In this document: positions 21,761 through 31,860 of the stretch, piece by piece
Layout: every line of letters begins with the position of its first letter
Position numbering within the stretch: the first letter of the stretch is position 1
Assembly: GCF_001194135.2 (NCBI RefSeq)
Contig: NC_068990.1
Span: 73,074,232-73,110,290 of the forward strand
DNA length: 36,059 nt
Source of the DNA: Octopus bimaculoides
Taxonomy: Eukaryota
Direction: 5' to 3'
Notes under the pieces: model-generated
What the model was told of the DNA's origin: nothing
Databases searched by the model: none
The model's input: only the letters and a program-made list of their open reading frames with translations
Translations under genes and position numbers: made by a program

Positions 21761-22358
21761 AAGTTTAACAAAAGTGCCCACTAGAAAAGTACTCACTAGT
21801 AAAAACTTCTTCCCAATAAAGGTTATTAACATCCTCATAAAAGATTTCATAACAATTTTTTAAAAATAATTTTAATAAAAAAAATCACCNNNNNNNNNNN
21901 NNNNNNNNNNNNNNNNNNNNNNNNNNNNNNNNNNNNNNNNNNNNNNNNNNNNNNNNNNNNNNNNNNNNNNNNNNNNNNNNNNNNNNNNNNNNNNNNNNNN
22001 NNNNNNNNNNNNNNNNNNNNNNNNNNNNNNNNNNNNNNNNNNNNNNNNNNNNNNNNNNNNNNNNNNNNNNNNNNNNNNNNNNNNNNNNNNNNNNNNNNNN
22101 NNNNNNNNNNNNNNNNNNNNNNNNNNNNNNNNNNNNNNNNNNNNNNNNNNNNNNNNNNNNNNNNNNNNNNNNNNNNNNNNNNNNNNNNNNNNNNNNNNNN
22201 NNNNNNNNNNNNNNNNNNNNNNNNNNNNNNNNNNNNNNNNNNNNNNNNNNNNNNNNNNNNNNNNNNNNNNNNNNNNNNNNNNNNNNNNNNNNNNNNCTAT
22301 TTTGAATACCTAACTGACAGCAAACTGGTAATCATTTTGGGGTAATCCCTTACTGTTT

Positions 22359-22390
<32 letters not shown>

Positions 22391-22495
22391 GTATGTATGT
22401 ATAAATGCATATACTGCTTTCTCTCCAGGACATACTTTTCGTTATCTGTCAATCACTAAGATTTTGTCACCTTCCATTTTCCACTAATTCCATAG

Positions 22496-22517
22496 GTCAC
22501 TGATGCTATCAAAGAAT
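22496..22517 (+). other. Candidate 22-nt exon of an unidentified host gene
   Basis: Pyrimidine tract, branch-like ACTAAT and TTCCATAG| acceptor; strong donor AAT|GTGAGT; open as VTDAIKE or SLMLSKN. Confidence 0.35.
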
Positions 22518-22699
22518 GTGAGTGTATTTTGGCCCAGACCCTTGTATGTGCCTTTCTGTCTCTTGTTCATCCTGGTTTACCTACACCATTTTATTCGACA
22601 ACTCTCTATTTTTTTATTTAATATTCACGGAAAATTCGTTTTTCAGTCACAACTTTGGTCTCTTACTTCTCTCTGCCATATTTAGGATGACATGTTTTC

Positions 22700-22975
22700 A
22701 ACTTCCTCTACTTCAATTTTGGAAATCCATGCTCTTCCTGGTCATCTTAAGTCCACTGTAGATCTAGCTACAAGCCCACTTCATTCTTCATCTACTGAAA
22801 GCAATGAATACTGCCATTCTTGTACTTTGCATGATTCAGTAATTTCCATCATATTTTAGATCCTTTCTTCGATCTCTCCACTCCATGTTGCCTTTCCAAT
22901 GTATTAGCAACTCAGCATAAGACCTTTTTGACAAGTTACTCTGTGCTATAATACCAGAACATTGTTGCTTCATTA
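22700..22975 (-). pseudogene. Highly decayed RTE-like LINE 3' remnant
   Basis: Minus strand NEATMFWY...R*PGRAW resembles the NEASMLRW...GRPRKTW end of RTE ORFs. Confidence 0.3.
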
Positions 22976-22990
22976 TTACTCTATGATTGA

Positions 22991-23115
22991 GGGTGGTGAG
23001 CTGGCAGAATCGTTAGCACATTGGGTGAACTGCTTAGTGGTATTTTGTCTGCTGTTACATTCTGAGTTTGAATTTCGCTGAGGTTGATTTTGCCTTTCAT
23101 CCTTGTTTGTCCCCT
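22991..23115 (+). mobile_element. SINE family B, 3'-truncated
   Basis: GGGTGGTGAGCTGGCAGAATCGTTAGCAC...GATTTTGCCTTTCATCC. Confidence 0.85.
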
Positions 23116-23178
23116 CTATGTTTAGTCCCCTGTGGGCCATAAATAAATAAATAACTATATAAATTATTATACTATAAC

Positions 23179-23385
23179 AAGGTGGTGAGCTGGTAAAATC
23201 ATTAACATGCCAGACAAACTGCTTAACAACATGCTTAATGGCATTCAAATACTACCGAGGTCGACTTTGCACTTCAGTTTTTTGGGGTAAATGAAATAAG
23301 TACCAGTTGATCAATAAGGGGTTGATGCAATTGACAAGCCCTTCCCTTAAAATTTCAGGTCTTGTTCCTGTTTTAGAAAAGTTTA
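23179..23385 (+). mobile_element. SINE family B
   Basis: AAGGTGGTGAGCTGG head, GTCGACTTTG, AATAAGTACCAG, AAATTTCAGGTCTTG tail. Confidence 0.85.
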
Positions 23386-23839
23386 TTCCATTATGGCATT
23401 GAAACACAAATAGATTCCTTGTTAACACAGTCAAAGCACACAGTTAAACATGGTATTGACTTATAAAAATGTTTAATATACTTTATAGTTTATAGTTCCA
23501 CAATGAAATATTGCATCTCTACAAGTCACAAACAGACTCCTTCAATTCCATCTGCGCCTTCCAGTCATTAAACTTGATTTGGAAGTCTGGCTGTTGTCTT
23601 TTCTATATTTGTGCACCTACATTTCTCTTTCACGTCTGCCACATGAAAAATTACTAGGCACAACTTGGTGTTGATTCTCATTTTATTAATGATATTTCAT
23701 TGTTGTTTTAGTGCATTATGAAGATATACACTATACTTTAAGAAATATCTGTATTAAACTCCCAATAACTAGTAATGCCATTTTAAGTATAAAACGAAAA
23801 ATACATACACAGAAGAAAGAGGTGAGCACAATAGTTTTG

Positions 23840-23935
23840 TGCTTATTACCTTGACTCTAGTACTCAACTGTTGTTTGTTGTATTGATCTCGAAAGAATGA
23901 AAAACAAAGTTGATCTCATTGGAATTTGAACAAGA
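23840..23935 (-). mobile_element. Degenerate SINE family B internal fragment
   Basis: CTAGTACTCAACTG...GAAAGAATGAAAAACAAAGTTGATCTC...GGAATTTGAAC. Confidence 0.55.
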
Positions 23936-24469
23936 TTCTTGATGTGAATTTGTGTGTTGAAACAAATTTTGTTGTATTTTGGGAAGGTCATTATGCCAAC
24001 AATAAACACATGTACTGGTTCAGTTTTGCTTCTTCATTATTAGTCAATTGGTTAGTTATTTAACCAACCAACTAATTGATTTATTGCTTAATCAGTTAGT
24101 TAAGCAATCAAGCAGTTGTTTGTCAGAGTCCTTTTCTCACCATCCACGACCTCATGAATGCATATCCTCTCTCTTTCAAATCTGCTTCAGGTTAAACAGG
24201 TGACCATTTAGTTGGGTGGATAAATAACTAATCAATTTACTTATAATAAAGAAGTGAAATTGAAACAGTGTATGTGTTTATTATTGGCATAATGATCCTC
24301 CCAAGATACAACAATATTCAATAAGACCTTGTACTTCTCTTTCACTCTACCCATCAAAAATGAATAAGTAAAATAAAAATTACACACATTGCTCAAGAGT
24401 GGCCACAGTCAAATGACTGAAACAAGTAAAAGAATAAAAGAATAAAAGAATATTAATGTACCTGTTATT

Positions 24470-24690
24470 GAGTCTCAGTTATTTACCAGAGATATCGAAA
24501 TTCATTTCCCATCTGTCTTGCTTCCTCAAAATATTTCCCATTCTTTTTGTTTTTTTCATCTTTTTACCATAACACATTCTTGTACTGCTGCTCTTTAATG
24601 CTAAATATACCATCTTTGTAAGCTTAATGCTTCTAATACCTTTTGGTATTTATCTGATTCTTGTTATTGCTTCTGTTACTTTTCTTTTTA
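24470..24690 (-). pseudogene. Possible ancient RTE ORF internal remnant
   Basis: Minus-strand fragments MVYLA and ARQM...DISGK resemble the RTE EN-RT linker; weak. Confidence 0.25.
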
Positions 24691-25177
24691 GCCTTCTCCT
24701 TCTCCTTCTTCTTCCACCCCCACTATTTGATTAACTCCAACATTTCAACAGCTAGTTCATAGCTATCTTGTTAGTCTTTGCTTGAACATTCACAGATACC
24801 AGACCAGGATCTAAAGTCTGAGATGTTTCTAAAGAAACTCTATATTTTGCTTTTCATCCTTCTGCAGTTGATAAAATATAATACTAATTAAATGCTCGTG
24901 TTATAATATACTCATATAATGCATTCTTGATGTGAATAGAATTATATAAGACTAAGGCTAACTTCACATACATTCTTTTCACAACCCTTGTTAGTTTTTG
25001 TTCCTAACTATTTGTATTTGATTTATGATTTTTTACTAGTTTATTAAGTAAATAACCATTTTACTAAAGAAATCAGATACATACACTCAAAATTTCATTC
25101 CCCCACTAACTGTGAAAAGCTGTTTTATATGTCAACCTATCTTTTGTTGAGGAATGTCATATTTGAAACTATTTTAT

Positions 25178-25385
25178 TCGCCATGATAGATCGCTGACCA
25201 CTACATTTATATATTTTTTTTCCTTGTTTTTCTCCTTATTTCTTTCTGTGTTCCTTTCAGTTGAAGAGCATAGCTCGAAACGTTAAAGACTTTCTCTATT
25301 CCCGAGCATTAAACTAATACATCCTTTTGTTGTTTACACCACCTGTCCTCGTCTGTTGTTGTTATTTTCGTAAATTCTCCCATAC
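25178..25385 (+). mobile_element. Penelope-like element terminal (pLTR) fragment
   Basis: T-rich non-coding block carrying a hammerhead-like fold at 25254-25288 (GCTCGAAACGTT), ending at a microsatellite-like CATACATAC; family assignment from recalled PLE architecture. Confidence 0.55.
25254..25288 (+). ncRNA. Minimal hammerhead-like motif with variant core
   Basis: Stem I CTTT/AAAG; core CAGTTGA; A; stem II GAGC-ATA-GCTC; GAA; palindromic stem III AC-GT; H17=T. Confidence 0.45.
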
Positions 25386-25845
25386 ATACAAGTATATATA
25401 ATTATAGAAATATGATTATAATGACAAGGGCACTAATGAATAGCGCGACATGCTAGAAATAGACTCCAAATGGCTCTAAGAACTGCAGTTACTCACTCCA
25501 TTAGCTAGTAACTGTAGTTCTTAGAGTAATTTGGCATCTATGTCTTGCATGCAGCACTGTATATTAGTGCCCTTATTATCATAATTATATTTATATAATT
25601 ATATATACTTGTATTAATTATTACCTATATGGTTCACTACATGCTGGCTACTTGATAAAATCTTATAAAGATTTTATCCTTGATTATTAAATAAATAAAT
25701 ACAAATTGCTTGGACCAGAATATTCACTGCAGTATTATTTTCAGTCATATATGCAGGTGTTGAGGTGGATAAATTACATTTAGCTTGTATATAAATGTGA
25801 ACATTTGTATATATGATTATGGATATGCGATGTTCATATTGGTAA

Positions 25846-25918
25846 TGTACATCATTTACATTAATTACATTTGACGGATATTCATCCTCATCTTGTTTGT
25901 TGCAAAGGTATTTTTCAA

Positions 25919-25962
<44 letters not shown>

Positions 25963-26080
25963 TCACAGCCTGGAATCTTGACCACTATGCCATATGCCCA
26001 CGGGCATATGGCGTAGTGGTTAAGAGCACATGCTACTAACCCCAAGATTCTGAGTTTGATTCCAGGCAGTGACCTCAATG

Positions 26081-26116
<36 letters not shown>

Positions 26117-26273
26117 TCGAAAAATACCTTAGGAATGAGAACTCAGGTTCGAAATTTACCCAAGACACCTGATGAAGGCTGAAGGATATATCAGATGATG
26201 AATATCTGTCAAATGTAAATAATGTAAATAATGTAAATATTGTATATAATTCTTCATCTCTTAAATATGGAAC
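25846..26273. mobile_element. Head-to-head inverted dimer of a tRNA-headed element, single insertion with 15-bp TSD
   Basis: TSD TGTTCATATTGGTAA at 25831-25845 and 26274-26288; centre CCATATGCCC-AC-GGGCATATGG; A box TGGCGTAGTGG 26009-26019; B box-like GAGTTTGATTCC 26052-26063; (AAT)n in both arms. Confidence 0.85.
26164..26194 (+). ncRNA. 5' half of a hammerhead motif (truncated by internal deletion)
   Basis: GACAC-CTGATGA-A-GGCTG-loop-CAG; the expected CC-GAAA-stem III is absent and comparison with the left arm shows a deletion here. Confidence 0.35.
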
Positions 26274-26321
26274 TGTTCATATTGGTAAGTATAAATGTTT
26301 ATAATTATGTACAATTGGTCA

Positions 26322-26380
26322 AACTATACTGATGAACGTAGGAGATGTTACATCTCTAAGCCAGAAATCAATCTATAGTT
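26322..26380 (+). ncRNA. Type I hammerhead ribozyme motif with canonical core
   Basis: Stem I AACTATA (26322-28)/TATAGTT (26374-80); CTGATGA 26329-35; stem II GAGATG-TTA-CATCTC; GAA 26364-66; stem III ATC-AAT (ATCGAT with CpG decay); cleavage triplet ATC ending at 26373. Confidence 0.75.
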
Positions 26381-26644
26381 AAATCTCTTTTAAGAAATCT
26401 TATTTATTCACTTTCCTCACTTTCAATCCATGCTAAGGAAGCAAGTAACTGTAGTTCTTAGAGCCATTTGGTATCTATTTCCAGCATGTGGCACTATTCA
26501 TTAGTGCCCTTATTATAATTATATTTCTATAATTATATATACTTGTATTAACAATTAGAAGGACAGCCATAAAAAAAAACAGGTCATTCATGGCTTTCTT
26601 TCCTCAGTCAAGTACCAAAAATTACGACCATTTTGGGCAAAAGG

Positions 26645-27028
26645 AAATGGAGAGTGTGAATACAGAAAAATCAATTCATTTATATAATAGTCAATTTCAT
26701 GTCACCTACATGCATCTCAATTTCTCACCTTCATTCATATTTTACAATTAAAATTGCATTATGAATTTAAAAGGAAAAAACTCTTCAGGGCAAAATTGAC
26801 ATACATTCATGTCCATCCTATTCAGTAAGTAAGGAACTCTCCATCTTTTAGGATGTAAATGAATATATGTCAAATTTTGTGCTGAAGAGATTTTTACCTA
26901 TTCAATTCATAATGCATTTTAATTGTAAAATATGAATGAAGGTCAGAAATTGAAATGTGCGTAGGTGACATGAAATTGACTATTATATAAATAAATTGAT
27001 TTTTTTTCTGTGTTTACACTCTCCATTT
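26645..27028. repeat. Foldback element: ~176-180-bp imperfect inverted arms with a 28-nt spacer
   Basis: 26645-26820 is the reverse complement of 26849-27028 throughout (e.g. ATAGTCAATTTCATGTCACCTAC / GTAGGTGACATGAAATTGACTAT). Confidence 0.92.
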
Positions 27029-27538
27029 TCTTTATATTATATTATTAAAATTCTGTTCTCCNNNNNNNNNNNNNNNNNNNNNNNNNNNNNNNNNNNNNNN
27101 NNNNNNNNNNNNNNNNNNNNNNNNNNNNNNNNNNNNNNNNNNNNNNNNNNNNNNNNNNNNNNNNNNNNNNNNNNNNNNNNNNNNNNNNNNNNNNNNNNNN
27201 NNNNNNNNNNNNNNNNNNNNNNNNNNNNNNNNNNNNNNNNNNNNNNNNNNNNNNNNNNNNNNNNNNNNNNNNNNNNNNNNNNNNNNNNNNNNNNNNNNNN
27301 NNNNNNNNNNNNNNNNNNNNNNNNNNNNNNNNNNNNNNNNNNNNNNNNNNNNNNNNNNNNNNNNNNNNNNNNNNNNNNNNNNNNNNNNNNNNNNNNNNNN
27401 NNNNNNNNNNNNNNNNNNNNNNNNNNNNNNNNNNNNNNNNNNNNNNNNNNNNNNNNNNNNNNNNNNNNNNNNNNNNNNNNNNNNNNNNNNNNNNNNNNNN
27501 NNNNNNNNNNNNNNNNNNNNNNNNNNNNNNNNNNNNNN

Positions 27539-27630
27539 CTATCTTGAAGCTACAAAATAATATCAGATAAATTTTTTAAATGTGCATAAATAAGGATTAC
27601 TTTTGACAAATTAATCTGAACGCTAAAGGG
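27539..27630. mobile_element. Right end of the piggyBac-type MITE family seen at 14741-15322 (left end in gap)
   Basis: TCTGAACGCTAAAGGG|TTAA versus TCTGAATGCTAAAGAG|TTAA. Confidence 0.6.
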
Positions 27631-28059
27631 TTAATCCACAAATGGAGAATCTTTATCCACCAATGCAGTGTTGATGAGCACTCATTTGCAGTGTTCGATA
27701 TTTTCACGCACTCACACATATGCATGCATGCACACACGCGTGCACACACACACACACACACACACACACGTATCTATGTATGGATATATGTGTGTATGTA
27801 CATATGTATGTGTGTATAAAACAAACCAGATAGGATGTGTAGTTAAGAAATTCACTTCCCAATCACATGGTTTGGCTTTAATCTCATTGCAGCTTGTTTC
27901 TCTGTGAATTTCACAGAAATATGCTGAGCTACAAGTGATGATGTCGTCCTCTCTGCTGTCAGCGAATCATTATCGAATCATTGATAGGCTTTGTTCTTTT
28001 GAAGACATGCAGAGTAAGAGATCTTTAACTTGAAAAAAAGGTACAGGTTAGTTAGCTAC

Positions 28060-28420
28060 AGGAAGAGCATCTGAATGCAAGACAAAGCTTAGAAGATTTA
28101 AACTGACTCTTACTAATATGGAAAAGTGAACATAAAAATTAATGAATACATGAATGGACATGATGGTTTCTATAAGAAGTAAAGAGAAAAATGATGGGAT
28201 GGTCATGGTAAGCATGCTCATTCAAGCTTTGACCTTGTAATAAACAAACAAAAACAACGAAGCTGTATTTCAGTCCAGACAAACCCAACCAATGTTAACA
28301 TGGAAAGTAAAGGAAATAAAAGCCAAAAATATTTTTCTAAATGAGGAGATTGAGGTAGAAGAGATAGATTGAAGTGATGATGACAACAAACTGGAATGAA
28401 GTGGAGGATGGCAGTTACAA
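28060..28420 (+). pseudogene. Possible decayed RTE 3' remnant
   Basis: Weak fragments such as TNWNEVED resembling KTWxEVV. Confidence 0.2.
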
Positions 28421-28727
28421 AGAACAAATTAGATTGCATTTACTTAGTGGCTACAAATACTTTAAACTTGATGTTTTCACTAGAGTTCTTCTGTCTGACA
28501 AGATGCCTGCCAATTGAAAGTTGTCAAAAGATTTAAAAAAAAAGGAAGTGTGATTGAATATAATATCTAATTGATGTGAAATAATTTTGGTATTATGAAA
28601 GAAAAAAAAATGTTGATCTTAAATTACTTAAAGGAAATGACACTTATGAATTTTAGATAACCTATACAAAAGAAAAGTTTTTTTCCTTCATCTAATCATC
28701 TAATCAATTATGTTTATAAACAAATAC

Positions 28728-28766
<39 letters not shown>

Positions 28767-29052
28767 NNNNNNNNNNNNNNNNNNNNNNNNNNNNNNNNNN
28801 NNNNNNNNNNNNNNNNNNNNNNNNNNNNNNNNNNNNNNNNNNNNNNNNNNNNNNNNNNNNNNNNNNNNNNNNNNNNNNNNNNNNNNNNNNNNNNNNNNNN
28901 NNNNNNNNNNNNNNNNNNNNNNNNNNNNNNNNNNNNNNNNNNNNNNNNNNNNNNNNNNNNNNNNNNNNNNNNATAAGAGCACACTCATACGCATATATAT
29001 ATATATGTCTGCTTCAATATATGAATATTACTTATGTATGAAGTGTGTGTGA

Positions 29053-29098
<46 letters not shown>

Positions 29099-29343
29099 CA
29101 TAGTACATCATTCAAGAAAATTTGGCTGTGTGCACTGACCATCATAAATGTAAGGAATAAGCACCAGCAGTAAAACCATGTGAAAGACAGAACAAATGAA
29201 AATTTAGTCTTCATCAGTTATCTTACTAAGATGACTAGCATTTTTGATGCCTTGAGATAGAATTCTTACCTTAGTACTATCGTACATTCAAAAACAGGGA
29301 GAGCATATAGTGGTGCTTTGGTGATGGGGTGGAGGAAATACAA

Positions 29344-29394
29344 GGAAAAGGGAAGGACTAGAAGAGGAAAAGGGAAGGACTAGAAGAGGAAAAG
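29344..29394. repeat. 22-bp purine-rich tandem repeat (2.3 copies)
   Basis: GGAAAAGGGAAGGACTAGAAGA x2 plus GGAAAAG. Confidence 0.9.
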
Positions 29395-30304
29395 AAGGTA
29401 AACAATGGAATTACCATATTTTCTGGCATACAAATCGAATTTTTCCAACCAAAATTTCCAAAAATAAAAAAAGGGAGCTTGACTTATGCACTAAGATGAC
29501 TTCAGAGAACCAAAAATTCCATGTGAAATACGAAAAAAATTTGGTAAGTTAGGTGATGGCATTTGAATGTTTACTCCACATGTTTACATTGCATACTATG
29601 TCAACTCATCGGCTGAAAAATACGGTAGTCTTTTCTTATTTTAATGAGACCAGATATTACTGAATTAGGATGAAAATATAATGTGACAAAACACATCAAA
29701 ACAGTGCAACAGGTATGTCATGGATGGAAAGGAACGTGATTAGATGCTGGGTAATGCTGTTACAGTTGTTGTTCATGTTATTTAGTTCCATATTGCCTGT
29801 GATTAAGCTGATCTATGATGCAGTGTATCCAAGCTAACATACTCTTAATCATAGTAGTGCATTTCAGTCAACATTATCAAATATATCTCCTGCCCATTTT
29901 CTAAAGAAGATTAGTGGCTCTCATGCTATCAGGTGAAATTTTGGTTGCTAACCAAAACTTTTCACCAGTTTATTGGTGCAATATCTCTTAACTATGCACT
30001 GGCTGTATAAACAGAACTTAAAAAGCTCTTCTGCTTGTTTCTGTTTTTAACATGACTCTCTAAAGCTTTAGAGAGCCGTGTTGAATTGGTGGAAGAGTCA
30101 GTTGCACCTCTCAGTGATGTGCTAACTATATTAACAGAACTAAGCTGTCTTTTCTCCTGTCTGTCTTTGTAGAGAGCTCAGCCAGAGCAAAGAATCAATG
30201 GAATTGAGAGCTGTCTATTCTTATTACAAAACATCAAAATGTGTTTTAATTGAATGATACATAGATTTCTTGTATCCCTATTCTGCTCAGTTGCTGATCA
30301 CATG

Positions 30305-30423
30305 TTGATTTGCTTTCTATTGGTCTCTTTTGCTGAGCCACTAAGCTACAGGGACATAAACACACCGGTTGTCAAGTGATAGTGGGGTGGGGGACAAACA
30401 AACATACAAACGTACATACAAAC

Positions 30424-30465
<42 letters not shown>

Positions 30466-30566
30466 GATAGGCTTCTTTAAGTTTCTGTCTACCAAATCCC
30501 CTCACAAGGCTGTGGCTGGCCTGAGGCTATATAGTAGAAGAAACTTGCCCAAGGTGCCATGCAGTG
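30305..30566 (-). mobile_element. SINE family A, truncated at both ends
   Basis: Reverse complement of the family A body around the central (TA)n. Confidence 0.85.
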
Positions 30567-30716
30567 TATGCATGCCTTATCATTGTTTTTTGCATCTTTA
30601 CATTCTACATGGATATGGTGCGATTTGGGAATGGTTTGGATCTTATTTCCAGTAAGAAAAGTGACCTTGGAGAGGCTCTCTTATTGCATTCTTTTTATTG
30701 TTGTTTAACACATGTC

Positions 30717-31010
30717 AACCTTGATTCAAGCTCAGCTATGATCAAAGACACTCTAACCATGACCATTCTGTTCTGTCCTTCTAGGTGTATCAAGAATTAC
30801 ATTACCTAAAATGTCCCTTCCTATTTTAAAATGGTGGAGTTACTTTAAGAGAGATTTGACTGTTATTTCTAGCAGATCTAGTGACCTTATACAAGCTTCC
30901 TTGTGGGTATTAATCCATATGCAGTTATTGTTGTTTAACCTTTGATAGAGCAGAGCTATGATCAAAGACAATCCAGCCACAGCCATTCCAGCTTTTATTT
31001 CAGACCTTGT
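30717..31010 (+). mobile_element. Fragments of a further dispersed repeat (CTATGATCAAAGAC...GATTTGGCTGCTATTTCTAGCA family)
   Basis: GCTATGATCAAAGACA occurs twice here; the TTTGGCTGCTATTTCTA motif recurs near 3045, 10080, 31915 and 34400. Confidence 0.55.
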
Positions 31011-31030
31011 GTATTTAGCACTATCATGGG

Positions 31031-31173
31031 TGGAGACATGGCTGTGTGGTGAGAAGCTTGATTCCCGACAACATGGTTTTGGGTTCAATCTCAGGCAGGT
31101 GTTTTCTACTATAGCTTCAGGTTAATCAATACCTTGTGAGTAGATCTTGGTTGAGAGAAACTGAAAGAAGATG

Positions 31174-31175
<2 letters not shown>
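31031..31175 (+). mobile_element. SINE family A, 5' half with internal deletion
   Basis: CATGGCTGTGTGGTGAGAAGCTTG head; ends in (TG)n 31177-31257. Confidence 0.8.
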
Positions 31176-31260
<85 letters not shown>

Positions 31261-31263
31261 AAT

Positions 31264-31860
31264 GAGGATGCATGGCTTAGTGGTTAGGGTGTTGCAGTCA
31301 TGATCGTGAGATTGTGGTTTCAATTCCTAGACTGATTGGTGCGTTGTGTTCTTGAGCCAAACACTTCATCTCACGTTGCTTAAAGATCATGTTGATACCT
31401 GATGTGTGGTGCACCATGCACCTGGTCAGGCAATGTCGATTTGATGGAGGGAATGAGCTAATGAACGGCACATACATTTGATCACCATAACCAAATCATA
31501 TGATCAAGTTGTTTGGTGAAAACTGGGCACTCAAACATCGCCTTCAAAAGGAGAGTCCATCATATTATGTGTGTGTGTGTGTGTGTGTGTGTGTACGTGT
31601 TTTACTGTCTCCTTGTCTTGACATTGCATGATAGTAGTAAACGAGTGTCACTGTCATGCAGGTGGTGTCCTTCATTTCCACGCTTCTGTGCAAACATGTC
31701 TGGTCATGGGGAGATATTACCTTACTTGCAAACAGGTGAGGGTTGGTGATAGGAAGGGCATCCAGCTGTAGAAAGTCCACCTCAATGAAAATGCTGTCCA
31801 ACTCATGTGAGCAAGGAAAAGTAGACATTGAAGTAATGATGATGATGATGATTATGATGA
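31264..31860 (+). mobile_element. tRNA-headed SINE with RTE-like tail and (GAT)n end
   Basis: A box TGGCTTAGTGG 31273-31283, B box-like GTTTCAATTCC, GTGTTCTTGAGCCAAACACTT, 3' GGTTGGTGATAGGAAGGGCATCCAGCTGTAGAAA...(GAT)n. Confidence 0.7.

Larger units (their letters stand above)
25386..26548. mobile_element. Probable Penelope-like insertion with ~105-bp inverted termini, an internal extra terminus copy and a hammerhead
   Basis: 25386-25493 is the reverse complement of 26444-26548 (~93%) and of 25507-25614 (~83%); hammerhead at 26322-26380 lies upstream of the right terminus. Confidence 0.55.

Noticed and set aside
26876-26965. CTGAAGA...GAAA inside the foldback arm as a possible hammerhead
   Set aside because: No palindromic stem III/UH and no stem I pairing could be built
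29344-29394. 22-bp direct repeats as a CRISPR-like array
   Set aside because: Head-to-tail with no spacers, eukaryotic context, no cas genes
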